From Gemmatimonadota bacterium (GTDB taxonomy: Bacteria > Gemmatimonadota > Gemmatimonadetes > Longimicrobiales > Gaopeijiaceae), in NCBI GenBank assembly GCA_034521595.1, contig JAXHMG010000002.1, positions 128,001-192,000 on the forward strand: a stretch of DNA of 64,000 nucleotides, given 5' to 3'. The notes beneath the pieces were generated by a model. It was given only the letters and a program-made list of their open reading frames with translations, was not told the DNA's origin and did no database searches. Shown one piece after another: positions 28,604-38,435 of the stretch (position 1 is its first letter; each line of letters opens with the position of its first letter). The translations under genes and the position numbers were made by a program.

Positions 28604-29743
28604 TCACCGCCTCACCCATGTCAGCTCCCGGATCAGTTGGCGCATCTCCTCCGCGCGTCCCGCGGCCTCCAACTCACGCCACATGAGCTCGACCGCGGCT
28701 TCGTCCACCAGCCCGGGAGGGCTCCCGCCGGAGTCCGGGTGGGAGAGGCCCTGATCGCTCCGGAAGGCGTCGACCGCGGCGGCGATCTCGTCCCCGTACA
28801 CCCGCCATCCATCCTCGCGCTCGAGCGTGTCCACGTCCTCCCGGTAGTAGCCGAGCGCGTGCATGATCAGCTTGACCTGCCAGACGTCCGACCCGGCCTG
28901 CTGCTGTAGGGTACGGAAGCCCAGCTTCCCGGAGATGGTGTCGTAGATCCGGCGCATCTCACCCACGGGCTCCGGATGCTCGCACACGTTCACGTGCACC
29001 GTCTGCCCGTCGTCCCTCCGGGCCATGCCCTCGCGGGGATCCGCGACCATGACGGCCGCCGACTGAATGCGCCCCCGGCGTCGGTCACCCCCGGCCGCCT
29101 GACCCGCTTCCATCGCGGCGATGAGCCGGTCGGCGAGGTGCAGGTGCGATCCCTCCGTCGCTTCGAACGACGTCGCCACCGCCTCGAGCACTTCCGGGCC
29201 CACGAGCACGTTCCCCTGCGTGGCGTAGTTGAGCCCGGCCCGCTGCCCGGCCCACGCGCCCGGATTGCTTCCCGTGTGCTGGGCGCTCCGTCCGTCGAGC
29301 GCGATCACACCGATCTGTCGGCTCTCGGCCCGCTCGTCCGGCGCCAACGCCTCGGCGAGCGCGTCCTCCGGGCTCATGCCCGACTCGATGAGATCGAGGA
29401 GCTCCTCGCCGTACTGGGTCCGCGTCGAGGCCTGGGTGGCGACCGCCCCGACGCCCACCCGGACCCACGGGACGCCGTTTCCGACGCACGCGTTGCGCGT
29501 CGTGACCGCGGCGCCGACCTCCCCGGTCTCCGGGTCCACTCCGACGATCGAGAAGGTGTGGAACTCGAGATCGGGACCCCATTGCACGGGCTCCTGGGCG
29601 CTAGCGCCCGGTGCGCGCAGAAGGGAAGGGAGAGCGAGCACGAACACGGCCAGCACGGCGACTCGCGCCGCGGGAAACGTCGTGCCGCGGACATGGAACC
29701 ACCGCGGCTTCGGGATCACGGAGATCGGGGAACAGTCTTTCAT
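28604..29743 (-). CDS. DUF1028 family (Ntn-hydrolase-like) protein
   Basis: HTFSIVGVD, GVGAVATQA, RQIGV, QGNVL, AGGDRR. Confidence 0.88.
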   Translation of the reverse strand: MKDCSPISVIPKPRWFHVRGTTFPAARVAVLAVFVLALPSLLRAPGASAQEPVQWGPDLEFHTFSIVGVDPETGEVGAAVTTRNACVGNGVPWVRVGVGAVATQASTRTQYGEELLDLIESGMSPEDALAEALAPDERAESRQIGVIALDGRSAQHTGSNPGAWAGQRAGLNYATQGNVLVGPEVLEAVATSFEATEGSHLHLADRLIAAMEAGQAAGGDRRRGRIQSAAVMVADPREGMARRDDGQTVHVNVCEHPEPVGEMRRIYDTISGKLGFRTLQQQAGSDVWQVKLIMHALGYYREDVDTLEREDGWRVYGDEIAAAVDAFRSDQGLSHPDSGGSPPGLVDEAAVELMWRELEAAGRAEEMRQLIRELTWVRR

Positions 29744-29929
29744 GGGACTTCTCGCCGTCGCTGAAGGAACGATTCGGCGAAAGTAGGGCGGCGGACGGGG
29801 CGACGGGAAGAGCCAAGGCGGCGCGGCGCCCCATCCGGAACGCGAGCGGCCCTCGCCCGAATTCGGACGAGGGCCGCTTTACCATGCGTCGCCGGGATCG
29901 ATCCGGTCGGCGCTGCTGTCGGTCCTACC

Positions 29930-30544
29930 TCAGGCGCTGAACGACACGGAGTCGGAGAAGCTGACACCGCAGACGCTCCCGGACATCGTAACCGACCCGC
30001 TCTGGCCCGCCTGGCTGACCTCGGCCGTGAAGGTGACGTCGACGCTGCAAGTCCCCTGCTTGTCATCCGTCGACCAGTCGACGCTACCCGCGTAGCCACC
30101 GTCGAGCGTCACGAGGTCCTCACCGGCTTCCACCGTGAAGTTCGCCGTGACGTCCGGCGCACCGTCCAGCGTGAAGCGAACGCCGTCCTCGGACTCGCCG
30201 ACACAGCTCTGGTGCACCTGGGTCACCGTGTAATCGATGGTGACGTCCTCGCTGGTCTCGCTGGTCTCCATGACCACGTCCCCGGACACGGAAACGGATC
30301 CGCTAAGCTCACAGCTCGCCTCGAGCTGCACGCTCCGCTCGAACGTCGCGAGGGACGGCGCCATGGCCGCCTGGCCTTGATCCTGCTGCCAGGTCGCGAA
30401 GACGTTCTCCGACATCACTTCGGCCAACGCGGCGGCTTCGGCTTCGCTCAGCTCGTCGGTAACGACGTCCGTCGCGCTATCGCCGCACGCGCCCACGGCC
30501 ACGAGTAGCGCGAGTCCCACGCCTCGAACATGCATCCGGTTCAT
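29930..30544 (-). CDS. Hypothetical lipoprotein
   Basis: Lipobox VGACG; beta-rich with several Cys. Confidence 0.75.
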   Translation of the reverse strand: MNRMHVRGVGLALLVAVGACGDSATDVVTDELSEAEAAALAEVMSENVFATWQQDQGQAAMAPSLATFERSVQLEASCELSGSVSVSGDVVMETSETSEDVTIDYTVTQVHQSCVGESEDGVRFTLDGAPDVTANFTVEAGEDLVTLDGGYAGSVDWSTDDKQGTCSVDVTFTAEVSQAGQSGSVTMSGSVCGVSFSDSVSFSA

Positions 30545-30721
30545 CGATCAGATCCTGGTTGGGTTGACGGTCCTTTGGAATGCCTCGGTTGCACGCAAGA
30601 CCCGGGCCAGGGATCCGAAGCCACGGTCCGGCGCTCCGTGGCGCGGTCCAGGAACCCGAAAGCCGCATTCATCTCCGGCGATCTACGAGCGCTTCCCGCA
30701 ACATGCGGCGCGGACCGACGC

Positions 30722-32707
30722 TCATTCCAGGTAGGTGTACCCTCGCAGCCCCTGGTCCAGAAACCGGCGCAGGCTCACGGTTTCCTTCAGAGTCAGCCGG
30801 CCCGCGGCGAGGGACTCCTCCGCGTCTTTCCGGAGCTCCTCTCGCATGTGGTCGGCGTCATACTGCACGTAGTCGAGCACCTCGCGGACGGTGTCGCCTT
30901 CCACGACTTCGTCGATGCGCCAGCGGCCGCGCTCGTCCAAGGTGACATGCACGGCGTGGGTGTCACCGAACAGGTTGTGAACGTTACCCAACGTTTCCTG
31001 GTACGCACCGGTCAGGAACACCCCGAGGTAATACGGTTCGAACTCCTGGTCGGGATCGTCCGGGGCCGGGATCAACTCGTGGAGGTCGAGCGTGCCCCGC
31101 GGGCCGTCCTCGGAGGGAAACTGCTCGATACGCCCATCCGAGTCGCACGAGATATCGACCAGGACGCCCGAGCGGGTCGGCCGTTCGTTCAGCCGGTGGA
31201 TCGGCATGATGGGAAAGAGTTGGTCGATCGCCCACGAGTCGAGCAAGGACTGGAAGACGCTCATGTTCACGAAATAGAGGTCGGCGAACGTCGCCGTGAG
31301 ATCGGCGAGCTCCTCGGGCACCTCCCCGTCCAGCATCTCCAGGACTCGCCGGCCGACGCACCAGTAGAGCTCCTCGGTCACGGCCCGCGACGTGACGTCC
31401 ATGTACCCCAGGTTGAAGAGGCTCATGGCCTCCTCGAATGCGTGGGCCGCGTCGTTGAGCAGCTCGAGGGGATCGGCCTCCGCGGCACCCTCGGCGTCCA
31501 TTCGCTCGTAAGCCTCCAGGATGTCACGCAGGGGTTGGGGGACGGAGTCGGACGCCATGGCCCGCGCGATGAGTGCCTCGTTCGGCGTCTCCAGCAATTG
31601 ACGGCTCGCCACCGCTTCACACACCAGCGCCGTACAGTGGCTCACGAGCGCCCGACCCGACTCGGAAAAGATGTGCGGCGGAGCGATCTCGGCGTCGTCG
31701 CAGATCGACTTGATGCGATGCACGACGTCCAGCGCGTATTGCTCCACCGTGTAGTTGGACGATGCCGGGCTCGCCGTCTGCGTACCGTCGTAGTCCACAC
31801 CGAGCCCGCCCCCCAGGTCGAGCATTCCCATGGGCGCGCCGTGCTGCACCAACTCGGCGTAGAGGTGCGTCACTTCGCTCACGGCGTACTTGACCGTCCG
31901 GATGTCGTAGATCTGCGAGCCGATATGGCAGTGGAGAAACTGCAGGGAATCCAGCAGATCCCGCTCCTTCAGATAGTCGACGGCCTGGAGCACCTCGCTC
32001 ACAGAAAGGCCGAACTTGCCGCGCAGGCCGGACGACGTCGCCCACCGACCGATGCCCCCGGCCCCGAGGCGGACCCGGATCCCGATCCGCGGCTGGACAT
32101 CGTGGGCCTTGGCCTGCTTGGCGATGAGCTCGAGCTCGTGGAACTGCTCGACCACGGGGATCACGTTCCGGCCCATCTTGGCCGCCAGGATCACCGTCTC
32201 GATGAACTCGTCGTCCTTGAAGCCGTTGCAGACGAGCGGCATCGAGTTGCGTCCCACCGTGAGGGCGAGCCCGGCCAACAGCTCGGGCTTCGAGCCCACC
32301 TCGATCCCGAAATCGAGCTCCTCGGCGACGTCACAGACGGCCTCGCAGAGCTGCCGCTGCTGGTTCACCTTGATGGGATACACGCACGAGTAGCGGGCAC
32401 CGTATCCCACCTCTTCGATGGCGGCAGCGAAAGCGTCCCGGAGCTTCGTCATGCGGTGGCGGAGCAGGTCCGGAAAGCGGAGCACCACCGGCGGAGTGAG
32501 GCCCCGCGTCTCGAGCCCTTCGACGATCTCGAGCAGATCCATCGAATGCTCGGGCGAACCCGTCGGGTGGACGACGAGGGTTCCCTGCTCGGAGATGCCG
32601 AGGTATCCGTCGCCCCATTCCTCGAATCGATAGGTGTCGGCGGCGTGTTGCGTCGACCACTCGGTTTCTCGCTCGGACTCGGTCGTGGCTGCTTCGCTCA
32701 TGGGCAT
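30722..32707 (-). CDS. speA: Biosynthetic arginine decarboxylase
   Basis: VYPIKVNQQR (PLP lysine), GSKPEL, CNGFKD, DLGGGLGVDYDG, SCDSDG, GAYQETLG. Confidence 0.96.
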   Translation of the reverse strand: MPMSEAATTESERETEWSTQHAADTYRFEEWGDGYLGISEQGTLVVHPTGSPEHSMDLLEIVEGLETRGLTPPVVLRFPDLLRHRMTKLRDAFAAAIEEVGYGARYSCVYPIKVNQQRQLCEAVCDVAEELDFGIEVGSKPELLAGLALTVGRNSMPLVCNGFKDDEFIETVILAAKMGRNVIPVVEQFHELELIAKQAKAHDVQPRIGIRVRLGAGGIGRWATSSGLRGKFGLSVSEVLQAVDYLKERDLLDSLQFLHCHIGSQIYDIRTVKYAVSEVTHLYAELVQHGAPMGMLDLGGGLGVDYDGTQTASPASSNYTVEQYALDVVHRIKSICDDAEIAPPHIFSESGRALVSHCTALVCEAVASRQLLETPNEALIARAMASDSVPQPLRDILEAYERMDAEGAAEADPLELLNDAAHAFEEAMSLFNLGYMDVTSRAVTEELYWCVGRRVLEMLDGEVPEELADLTATFADLYFVNMSVFQSLLDSWAIDQLFPIMPIHRLNERPTRSGVLVDISCDSDGRIEQFPSEDGPRGTLDLHELIPAPDDPDQEFEPYYLGVFLTGAYQETLGNVHNLFGDTHAVHVTLDERGRWRIDEVVEGDTVREVLDYVQYDADHMREELRKDAEESLAAGRLTLKETVSLRRFLDQGLRGYTYLE

Positions 32708-32838
32708 GCATCCTTGGACGGCTGGGGCGTCACTGCGCCCGACCGGCGCGCGGCCCGGCGGCGGTGCCTTTCCGGTTCAGGGTGGCGAGGGGCTGCAATA
32801 TGGCACGCTACCGACAGGCGTGTAATGGCACGTCCCGC

Positions 32839-33595
32839 TCACACCTCCCCCGACACCACCCGCCGGAAGACCTCCAGCGCGGCCTCCAGCTTCTCGCGGC
32901 TCGTTCCGACCCACTCCCGCCACTCCTCGGAGTCCTCGTCGACCCGCTCCAGCAGCGCCTCCACGACGCGCTCGACCAGATCCAGCACCTCGGGTGCGGC
33001 CAGATTCAACTTCGGCCACATACCGGCGACGATGGTCATGGTCTCGCGGCTCCGGCGGAAGAGGTCTCCCAACTCCTGGTCGGTAAAGAAGGGGCCCCGC
33101 GCCGCGGCGTCGAGACACGCGCCCAACAGCTCGACCACGTCGTCGTCGAGCTTGCGCAACAGCACCTTCTCGGACCGGAACTCGAGCACGCGGCCCAGGA
33201 AGGTCATGAGCGGATACACGGCTTCGCCGAGGTGCTCGAGGGTGACGGGCGGCGCTTCTCGCGTGATAGAGATAGAGCCGGTCCCAGTGCTCGTCCTTCT
33301 GGCCGACCTTCTTGGACATCTCGGGCGAGATCCAGTCGTATCCGACGAGGTCCTCGAAGCGCACCAGATCCACTCCCTCACCGTCGAGCGCCCGTTGGAT
33401 GCGGCGTGGCGTGACGACGAGCACCGCGCCGTCGGTCTTCTCGATCCGCACGGCCGCGCCGGCGCCCGCCAGCACGTCCTCTTCACCCAGGGGGCTCCGC
33501 GCGACCAGCGTCGCATTGAGCCCCGTGCGCGTCTCCACCGCTTCCTGAAAGATCTCCGCCAGCTGCTCCGTGAGGAGCCAGTCCACCATCGTCAT
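32839..33595 (-). pseudogene. Hypothetical protein with a single frameshift near 33265
   Basis: Protein-like N-half (MTMVDWLL...HWDRLYLY) and C-half (TREAPPV...VSGEV*) lie in different frames; removing one base gives ~251 aa. Confidence 0.65.
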
Positions 33596-33702
33596 GCGTC
33601 GTGGGCTCCCGCCTTCTCGGCGTCACATTCGCAGGGCGTCGTTCGTCCCCTCTGATACGACGGAGTGATCGACACGCCGTCCTACGCAAGGGAGACACGA
33701 TC

Positions 33703-34368
33703 ATGACGAAACTAATCGCTCGCGGACTCCTGAGAACGCTCCCCGGGCGCACGCTTCTCCTGACCGTCGCCCTGGGGTCGGCCTCCTTCGTCACGGAGAC
33801 GCGAGCTCAGGCTATCGATCTCGACTTCGCGGTGGAACAGGCGTTGACGTCCGTCGACGACATGGCGAGCCCGACGGGCTACCGGGCGGGCCTCACCCTC
33901 CCGTGGATGCTCGGCCCGGTCGGGCTCGAGCTGGGCTACCGGAGCGTCTCCGAATATCTGGGCGAGCGTCCCGAGCGCTGCGGCATGGACGTCTGTACCC
34001 CCGGGCCGTTCGACGCCGTGATGCGGATGCGCTCGGCCGCGCTCGGCGTCAGCGTCTCGCGCATGCTGAACCCGTTCGTGGAGTTCTCAGTGGGAGGCAC
34101 CGCGACACTGACGTGGCACGATTCGGAGTACGGCCCGGCCGACGGCGCCACCGAAGCGGTGACGCCGTCGACCGAGACCGCCGGACCGGACCCGGGCGTC
34201 GGCGCCTTCGTGAGCTGGCGCTTTCCCCCGTTGGTCTCCGTGCTTCGCCCGTTCCTCTACGCCCGAGCCGAGTGGATCGGACGTGGCTCGTGCGCCGCGG
34301 ACGCGCTCTGTTTCGGCACGCGCTACTTCGGGAGCGCCGGCATCGGAATGTACGCCCGCTTCCCGTGA
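33703..34368 (+). CDS. Hypothetical secreted / outer-membrane beta-barrel-like protein
   Basis: SD GGGAG, signal peptide, amphipathic strands, C-terminal GIGMYARFP. Confidence 0.65.
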   Translation: MTKLIARGLLRTLPGRTLLLTVALGSASFVTETRAQAIDLDFAVEQALTSVDDMASPTGYRAGLTLPWMLGPVGLELGYRSVSEYLGERPERCGMDVCTPGPFDAVMRMRSAALGVSVSRMLNPFVEFSVGGTATLTWHDSEYGPADGATEAVTPSTETAGPDPGVGAFVSWRFPPLVSVLRPFLYARAEWIGRGSCAADALCFGTRYFGSAGIGMYARFP

Positions 34369-34414
34369 GCGGGCCGGCGCCGGCGCCGCTGCCGAGCTCA
34401 CCGGCCGAGGGCCA

Positions 34415-34810
34415 TCAGCCCTGTACGGCCCGGTCGGTTCCTTCCGCACGCTCGAACACGCCGGAAAGCACCAACGCCCCACCGGCGAGCGCCGTGTCCT
34501 TGAGCATGCTGCTCATGGAGGCCTGCATCGCCGCCGGGTCCTGCGCGTTCATCACGCCCACGAGGTGGATGGTCAAGGCGAAGATGAGAAGCATGAGCCC
34601 CAGGAGACGCGTCGCGAGGACCGCATGCTTTCCGACGCCGATGCTCACCGCGGCGGCGAGAAGCGCGAGTCCGGTCAGGTAGATCCAGAATACACCTCCA
34701 GGGATCGGCACCATCCCCGCCATCGAGCTCGCGTTCATGAAGTGGAACAGACCGAAAATGGCCATGGGAATGGCGTACAGGTATCGGCCTACCGTGGGCA
34801 ATGCGGACAT
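34415..34810 (-). CDS. DoxX-like membrane protein
   Basis: GRYLYAIPMAIFGLFHF, WIYLTGLAL, LKDTALAGGAL. Confidence 0.8.
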   Translation of the reverse strand: MSALPTVGRYLYAIPMAIFGLFHFMNASSMAGMVPIPGGVFWIYLTGLALLAAAVSIGVGKHAVLATRLLGLMLLIFALTIHLVGVMNAQDPAAMQASMSSMLKDTALAGGALVLSGVFERAEGTDRAVQG

Positions 34811-35057
34811 ATCGGTGTCTCCTGCTCGAGTGGTGATGCACTCACGAGGAATCGTCGAGTCTGGAAATACGTTCCCGAGCGGCCACCGGAAACCCCCCGC
34901 GGACGTGCGAGCGTGCGAGCCCCGTGGAGCCCCCGACCCCAAACGCAGGGTCGAGTGACTCCACGAAGCCCCGCTCGTGGTTCTTCTCGTAGTTCTTCAT
35001 GAACGACCGTCCCGCCCCGTGAGGGGCCGGTCGGGAACCACCGCGATGGGCGACGGC

Positions 35058-35534
35058 TCAGTTCACGTGCACGTGCACCGCCGTCGTCTCGAAATCGGCA
35101 TGCCCGCTGCCGACGTCGCCGTGCATGAGCTTGAACACGGCGTCGGTCTCGCCCGCGGCCAAGCCGTGGAGGTGCCCGCCGAACTCTCCGGGCGTGTCCT
35201 GCTCCCACTCCGCGATCGTCTCGTCCCCGATGTCGACCTCGAGGTAAGTATCGTCCTCGGGCGACACCTGGGTCCCGTCGTGATCGACGAAGCGCACGGT
35301 GATGTGTGCCGTCTCCTGGCCTTCCCCCACATCGAGCTCACCGGTCCAGGTGCGGCTGTCACCGTCGAACGAGGCGAGGACCTGCCCGTTCAGAACGAGC
35401 TCGACCCCTTCCACATCCTCTTCATGATCGTCGTCATCGATGCCGACGGGGTCGTCGCTGCACGCCCCGAGTCCTACCGCTCCCGCTACGGCCAGAGCCA
35501 ACAGCGGGGTCTTGTACGCATGCTTGGTCTTCAA
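35058..35534 (-). CDS. Acidic/His-containing lipoprotein, putative metal-binding partner of the TonB receptor
   Basis: TTG start with SD GAGGAG, lipobox LGAC, DDDDHEED, HGDVGSGHADF. Confidence 0.75.
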   Translation of the reverse strand: MKTKHAYKTPLLALAVAGAVGLGACSDDPVGIDDDDHEEDVEGVELVLNGQVLASFDGDSRTWTGELDVGEGQETAHITVRFVDHDGTQVSPEDDTYLEVDIGDETIAEWEQDTPGEFGGHLHGLAAGETDAVFKLMHGDVGSGHADFETTAVHVHVN

Positions 35535-35604
35535 CGTTGTTCTCCTCTTCGATGGATTCGGGCCGCCTCCGGAGGGGTCGCGTCGAGCCCCGGGTGGCCA
35601 CGGT

Positions 35605-37854
35605 TCAGAACACGACGCGATACGTGATGCTCAGCCCTCTCCCGGCCTCCGGCATGATCTCCTTCACCCGGGAGAGGTGGTTGCGGTACTCCGCGTCGGT
35701 GACGTTGTCGGCGCTAACGGTGAGAACGTGCAGACGGCCCGACACCGTCAGCCGCAGCCCGGCGGACGCGTCGAAGACCGCGTAACCCGGTGTGACCGTC
35801 TCGAACTCGCCGATCCGATCCTGGCGCGCCGCCAGATTCGTTTCTCCGCGAACGAACCAGTCCGGCCGGTCGTACTCGAGGCCGAGGGTTCCCTGCAGCG
35901 GTGGGATCAGCGGGAGCGGTGCGTCCTCTTCGTCGCGCGTGCCTTCCACGTAGGAAGCGGTGCCGTGCAGCGTGAGGTCGCCGACGGCATTCCAATCGAC
36001 CCCGCCTTCGAACCCGAGCAGTAAGGCATCGTCTCCCCGGAACTGGTAGATCGGAAGATTGGTCCGGCTCGTGTCGGCGGTCTCGGCAGGGTAGATGTAG
36101 CCCGAGATGTCGTTCCTGAAGCCGGTCAGCTCGGCCGACACGTCCTCTCGCTCCAGGCGCACGAATACGTCCAACCCCGTGCCGACCTCGTTCTCGAGCG
36201 AAGGATTCCCGACCTCGAACGCGTAGGCCGCCAGGTGCGGTCCCTCGGAGTAGAGCTCGTTCACGTCCGGCGTGCGGAAGGCGCGCGCCATGCTCGTGCC
36301 TACCGTGAAGCCCCCGGCGAGGTTGTACAACACCCCCAAGGAGCCCGATGCCGCGTGGAACGTCCGCTCCCGGATCGCCCCGATGGGCGAATCGGGATCC
36401 GGCTCACGCGGCTCCGCGCGCGCCCAGTCGTAGCGGAGCCCGGCTTCGATGCGGAGCGGCTCGAGATCGATCTCCTCGAAAACGTATGCGGCGAGAGTGC
36501 TCCGCTTCGTATCCGGCGTGGACAGCCCCCCCGCGAAGTTGAAATCCTCCATCGACGCGCGCGCACCCACGGCACCGTTCGAAAACGGACCCCACACCTC
36601 GTGCCGGGCCAGAACGTCGGCGCTGGTCATCTGGCGCTTGAAAAAGGTTCCGATGATGTCCGGCGGCTCGATCTCGAGGTGGCGATACCACGTGTACTGG
36701 CCGTCGAGCTCGAGCGAGCGGAACGGCCCCCACTCACCTTCCACGCGGCCGTCCACCTTCGTGGCCATCCGCTCCATCTCGATGGTCACCCCTTCCTCGT
36801 GGCCGCCCACGAAACCCCCGGGGATGCCGTAGTCATTCTTGTGCGCCCGGAACGCGGCACCGAAGTGTCCGTTCTCCTCGACCCAGGCAGCCCCGGCCCC
36901 CGCGTTCCAGCTATTCGTTCCGGTATTCTCGAGCGTCCCTACCGGCGTCTGTAGATCCCCCGAAGAGCGTCCCCCGACCTCGACCCGCACCGGGATCCGA
37001 TCCGTTACGGCGGCACGCATGTGTCCGTTTCCCCCGAGCGTTCCGGTGACCGTTTGACCCTGAAGGGTCACGGCACCCGTCGGATGGTGAGGCACGTCGG
37101 AAGGCACCTCGTCGCGGATGACGTTGATGACGCCGCCGAGCGCGTTACTCCCGTAGAGGATGGCCGCCGGCCCCCGGACGACCTCGATCCTGCGAGCGGA
37201 CGACGGATCGAGCGCCGAGGCGTGGTCCGATCCCGTGCTGGACATGTCGCCGCTCCGGGATCCGTCCTCGAGCATGAGGACACGATCGCCGCTCAGGCCC
37301 CGGATGACCGGCTGGGCCGTCGCCGGTCCCATGCCCGTGACCGACACGCCGGGCTCGGACGACAGCGTCGCGGCCACCGTGCCCTCCAGGCGTGCCTGCA
37401 GGTCCTGGCCGCTCAAGACGTTCACGGGGCGTAAGGCTTCGGACGCGTCCCGCTCGCTCAACGAACCGGTCACCACCAACCCACCCACATCGAGCGGGGA
37501 CGATTCCAGCTCGATGACCACGACCGTGCCCTCGTCTCCCGTCGTGACGTCCACGGTCCGAGTTCGGTAGCCGAGCCGTTCCACCCTCAGGGTGTGCTGC
37601 CCTGCTGGCAAACCTCCAATGTGGAAGGAGCCGTCTCCGTGCGTGGTGGCCGCGGGACGAGCGCCGACGACCGACACCAGGACGCCGGCCAGCGGGTTCC
37701 CGGTGTCCGCGTCCCGGACCACGCCTTCGATCTCGCCCTCGTGCTCGGGGGCTTGTGCACTCGTGTCGACCGCCGAGACGAGCCCGACGAAAAGCACGGG
37801 CCCAACGAAGGACAGGCACGTGCGGACGAAAGTCTGCAGATGGGGAATAGTCAT
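35605..37854 (-). CDS. TonB-dependent receptor, ZnuD-like (metal uptake)
   Basis: N-terminal carboxypeptidase-like domain, plug PVIRGLSGDRV and IEVVRGPAAILYGSNALGGVINV, YGIPGG..GHEE, C-terminal F. Confidence 0.9.
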   Translation of the reverse strand: MTIPHLQTFVRTCLSFVGPVLFVGLVSAVDTSAQAPEHEGEIEGVVRDADTGNPLAGVLVSVVGARPAATTHGDGSFHIGGLPAGQHTLRVERLGYRTRTVDVTTGDEGTVVVIELESSPLDVGGLVVTGSLSERDASEALRPVNVLSGQDLQARLEGTVAATLSSEPGVSVTGMGPATAQPVIRGLSGDRVLMLEDGSRSGDMSSTGSDHASALDPSSARRIEVVRGPAAILYGSNALGGVINVIRDEVPSDVPHHPTGAVTLQGQTVTGTLGGNGHMRAAVTDRIPVRVEVGGRSSGDLQTPVGTLENTGTNSWNAGAGAAWVEENGHFGAAFRAHKNDYGIPGGFVGGHEEGVTIEMERMATKVDGRVEGEWGPFRSLELDGQYTWYRHLEIEPPDIIGTFFKRQMTSADVLARHEVWGPFSNGAVGARASMEDFNFAGGLSTPDTKRSTLAAYVFEEIDLEPLRIEAGLRYDWARAEPREPDPDSPIGAIRERTFHAASGSLGVLYNLAGGFTVGTSMARAFRTPDVNELYSEGPHLAAYAFEVGNPSLENEVGTGLDVFVRLEREDVSAELTGFRNDISGYIYPAETADTSRTNLPIYQFRGDDALLLGFEGGVDWNAVGDLTLHGTASYVEGTRDEEDAPLPLIPPLQGTLGLEYDRPDWFVRGETNLAARQDRIGEFETVTPGYAVFDASAGLRLTVSGRLHVLTVSADNVTDAEYRNHLSRVKEIMPEAGRGLSITYRVVF

Positions 37855-38013
37855 GATACCACAGGGCGGAGGTTGCTCCGATGCCACGGCCTCCGACACG
37901 GCTCACACTCCGAATAGAGTGCGACGCCTGGCCGGGACCCGACCGGCCGCAGAGCGGCCGGACATCGGGACCAATTGAAAGGAGCTGTCGGGCGGACGCC
38001 CGCAGCGGGTGTG

Positions 38014-38382
38014 TTATCGGGCGGGAGGCGCCCGGGGGCCGGATGAGCCCTTCAGGACCGGCTCGACGACGTCGGCGGCATCCACCACCCGAATACCGGG
38101 CAGCAGCCGCGGTACCGCGTCCGCCTCGACATGGACGGCCGGCCGGGCCGGGGTCGCCAGCGCAGTGGTCCGGACGAGCTGACAGAAGGCGTGATCGTGG
38201 TGCGGGGTGCAGTCGTCACGTCCTTCGGACTCCACGTGCACGGGCGTGCCGAGCTGCTCCACGTCCAACTGTCCGTCGGCCGCGGGAAGCGCGACGGCTC
38301 CCGTGAGATGGAAGAGCGCCAGAACGAGCGCGCCGAGGCGGCGCGCGAGCCGACGTTCGTTCGGAAGGATCCTGGAGTCCAT
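38014..38382 (-). CDS. DUF2946/CruR-like leader protein with C-terminal RAPP arrest motif
   Basis: N-terminal hydrophobic segment, HVE..CTPHHDHAFC, ends GPRAPPAR*; directly upstream of the TonB receptor. Confidence 0.78.
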   Translation of the reverse strand: MDSRILPNERRLARRLGALVLALFHLTGAVALPAADGQLDVEQLGTPVHVESEGRDDCTPHHDHAFCQLVRTTALATPARPAVHVEADAVPRLLPGIRVVDAADVVEPVLKGSSGPRAPPAR

Positions 38383-38435
38383 GCCTTCCTGCTACAGAAA
38401 GCGGCTCAGGATGGTTCCCTACCCTGGGCTCCCCG

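Noticed and set aside
29845-29880. Strong hairpin AGCGGCCCTCG...CGAGGGCCGCT
   Set aside because: The hairpin is real, but the short T run is on the plus strand while the flanking genes are minus; function not assignable.
30585-30670. GGGATCCGAAGCCACGGTCC, resembling part of a c-di-GMP-I riboswitch
   Set aside because: Core GGCAAAC and GCAAAG elements are absent, and it is on the wrong strand for the adjacent gene.
30530-33655. 1041-aa plus-strand ORF
   Set aside because: Antisense shadow of speA and its neighbour; Arg/Gly/His-rich with no motifs, expected at this GC content.
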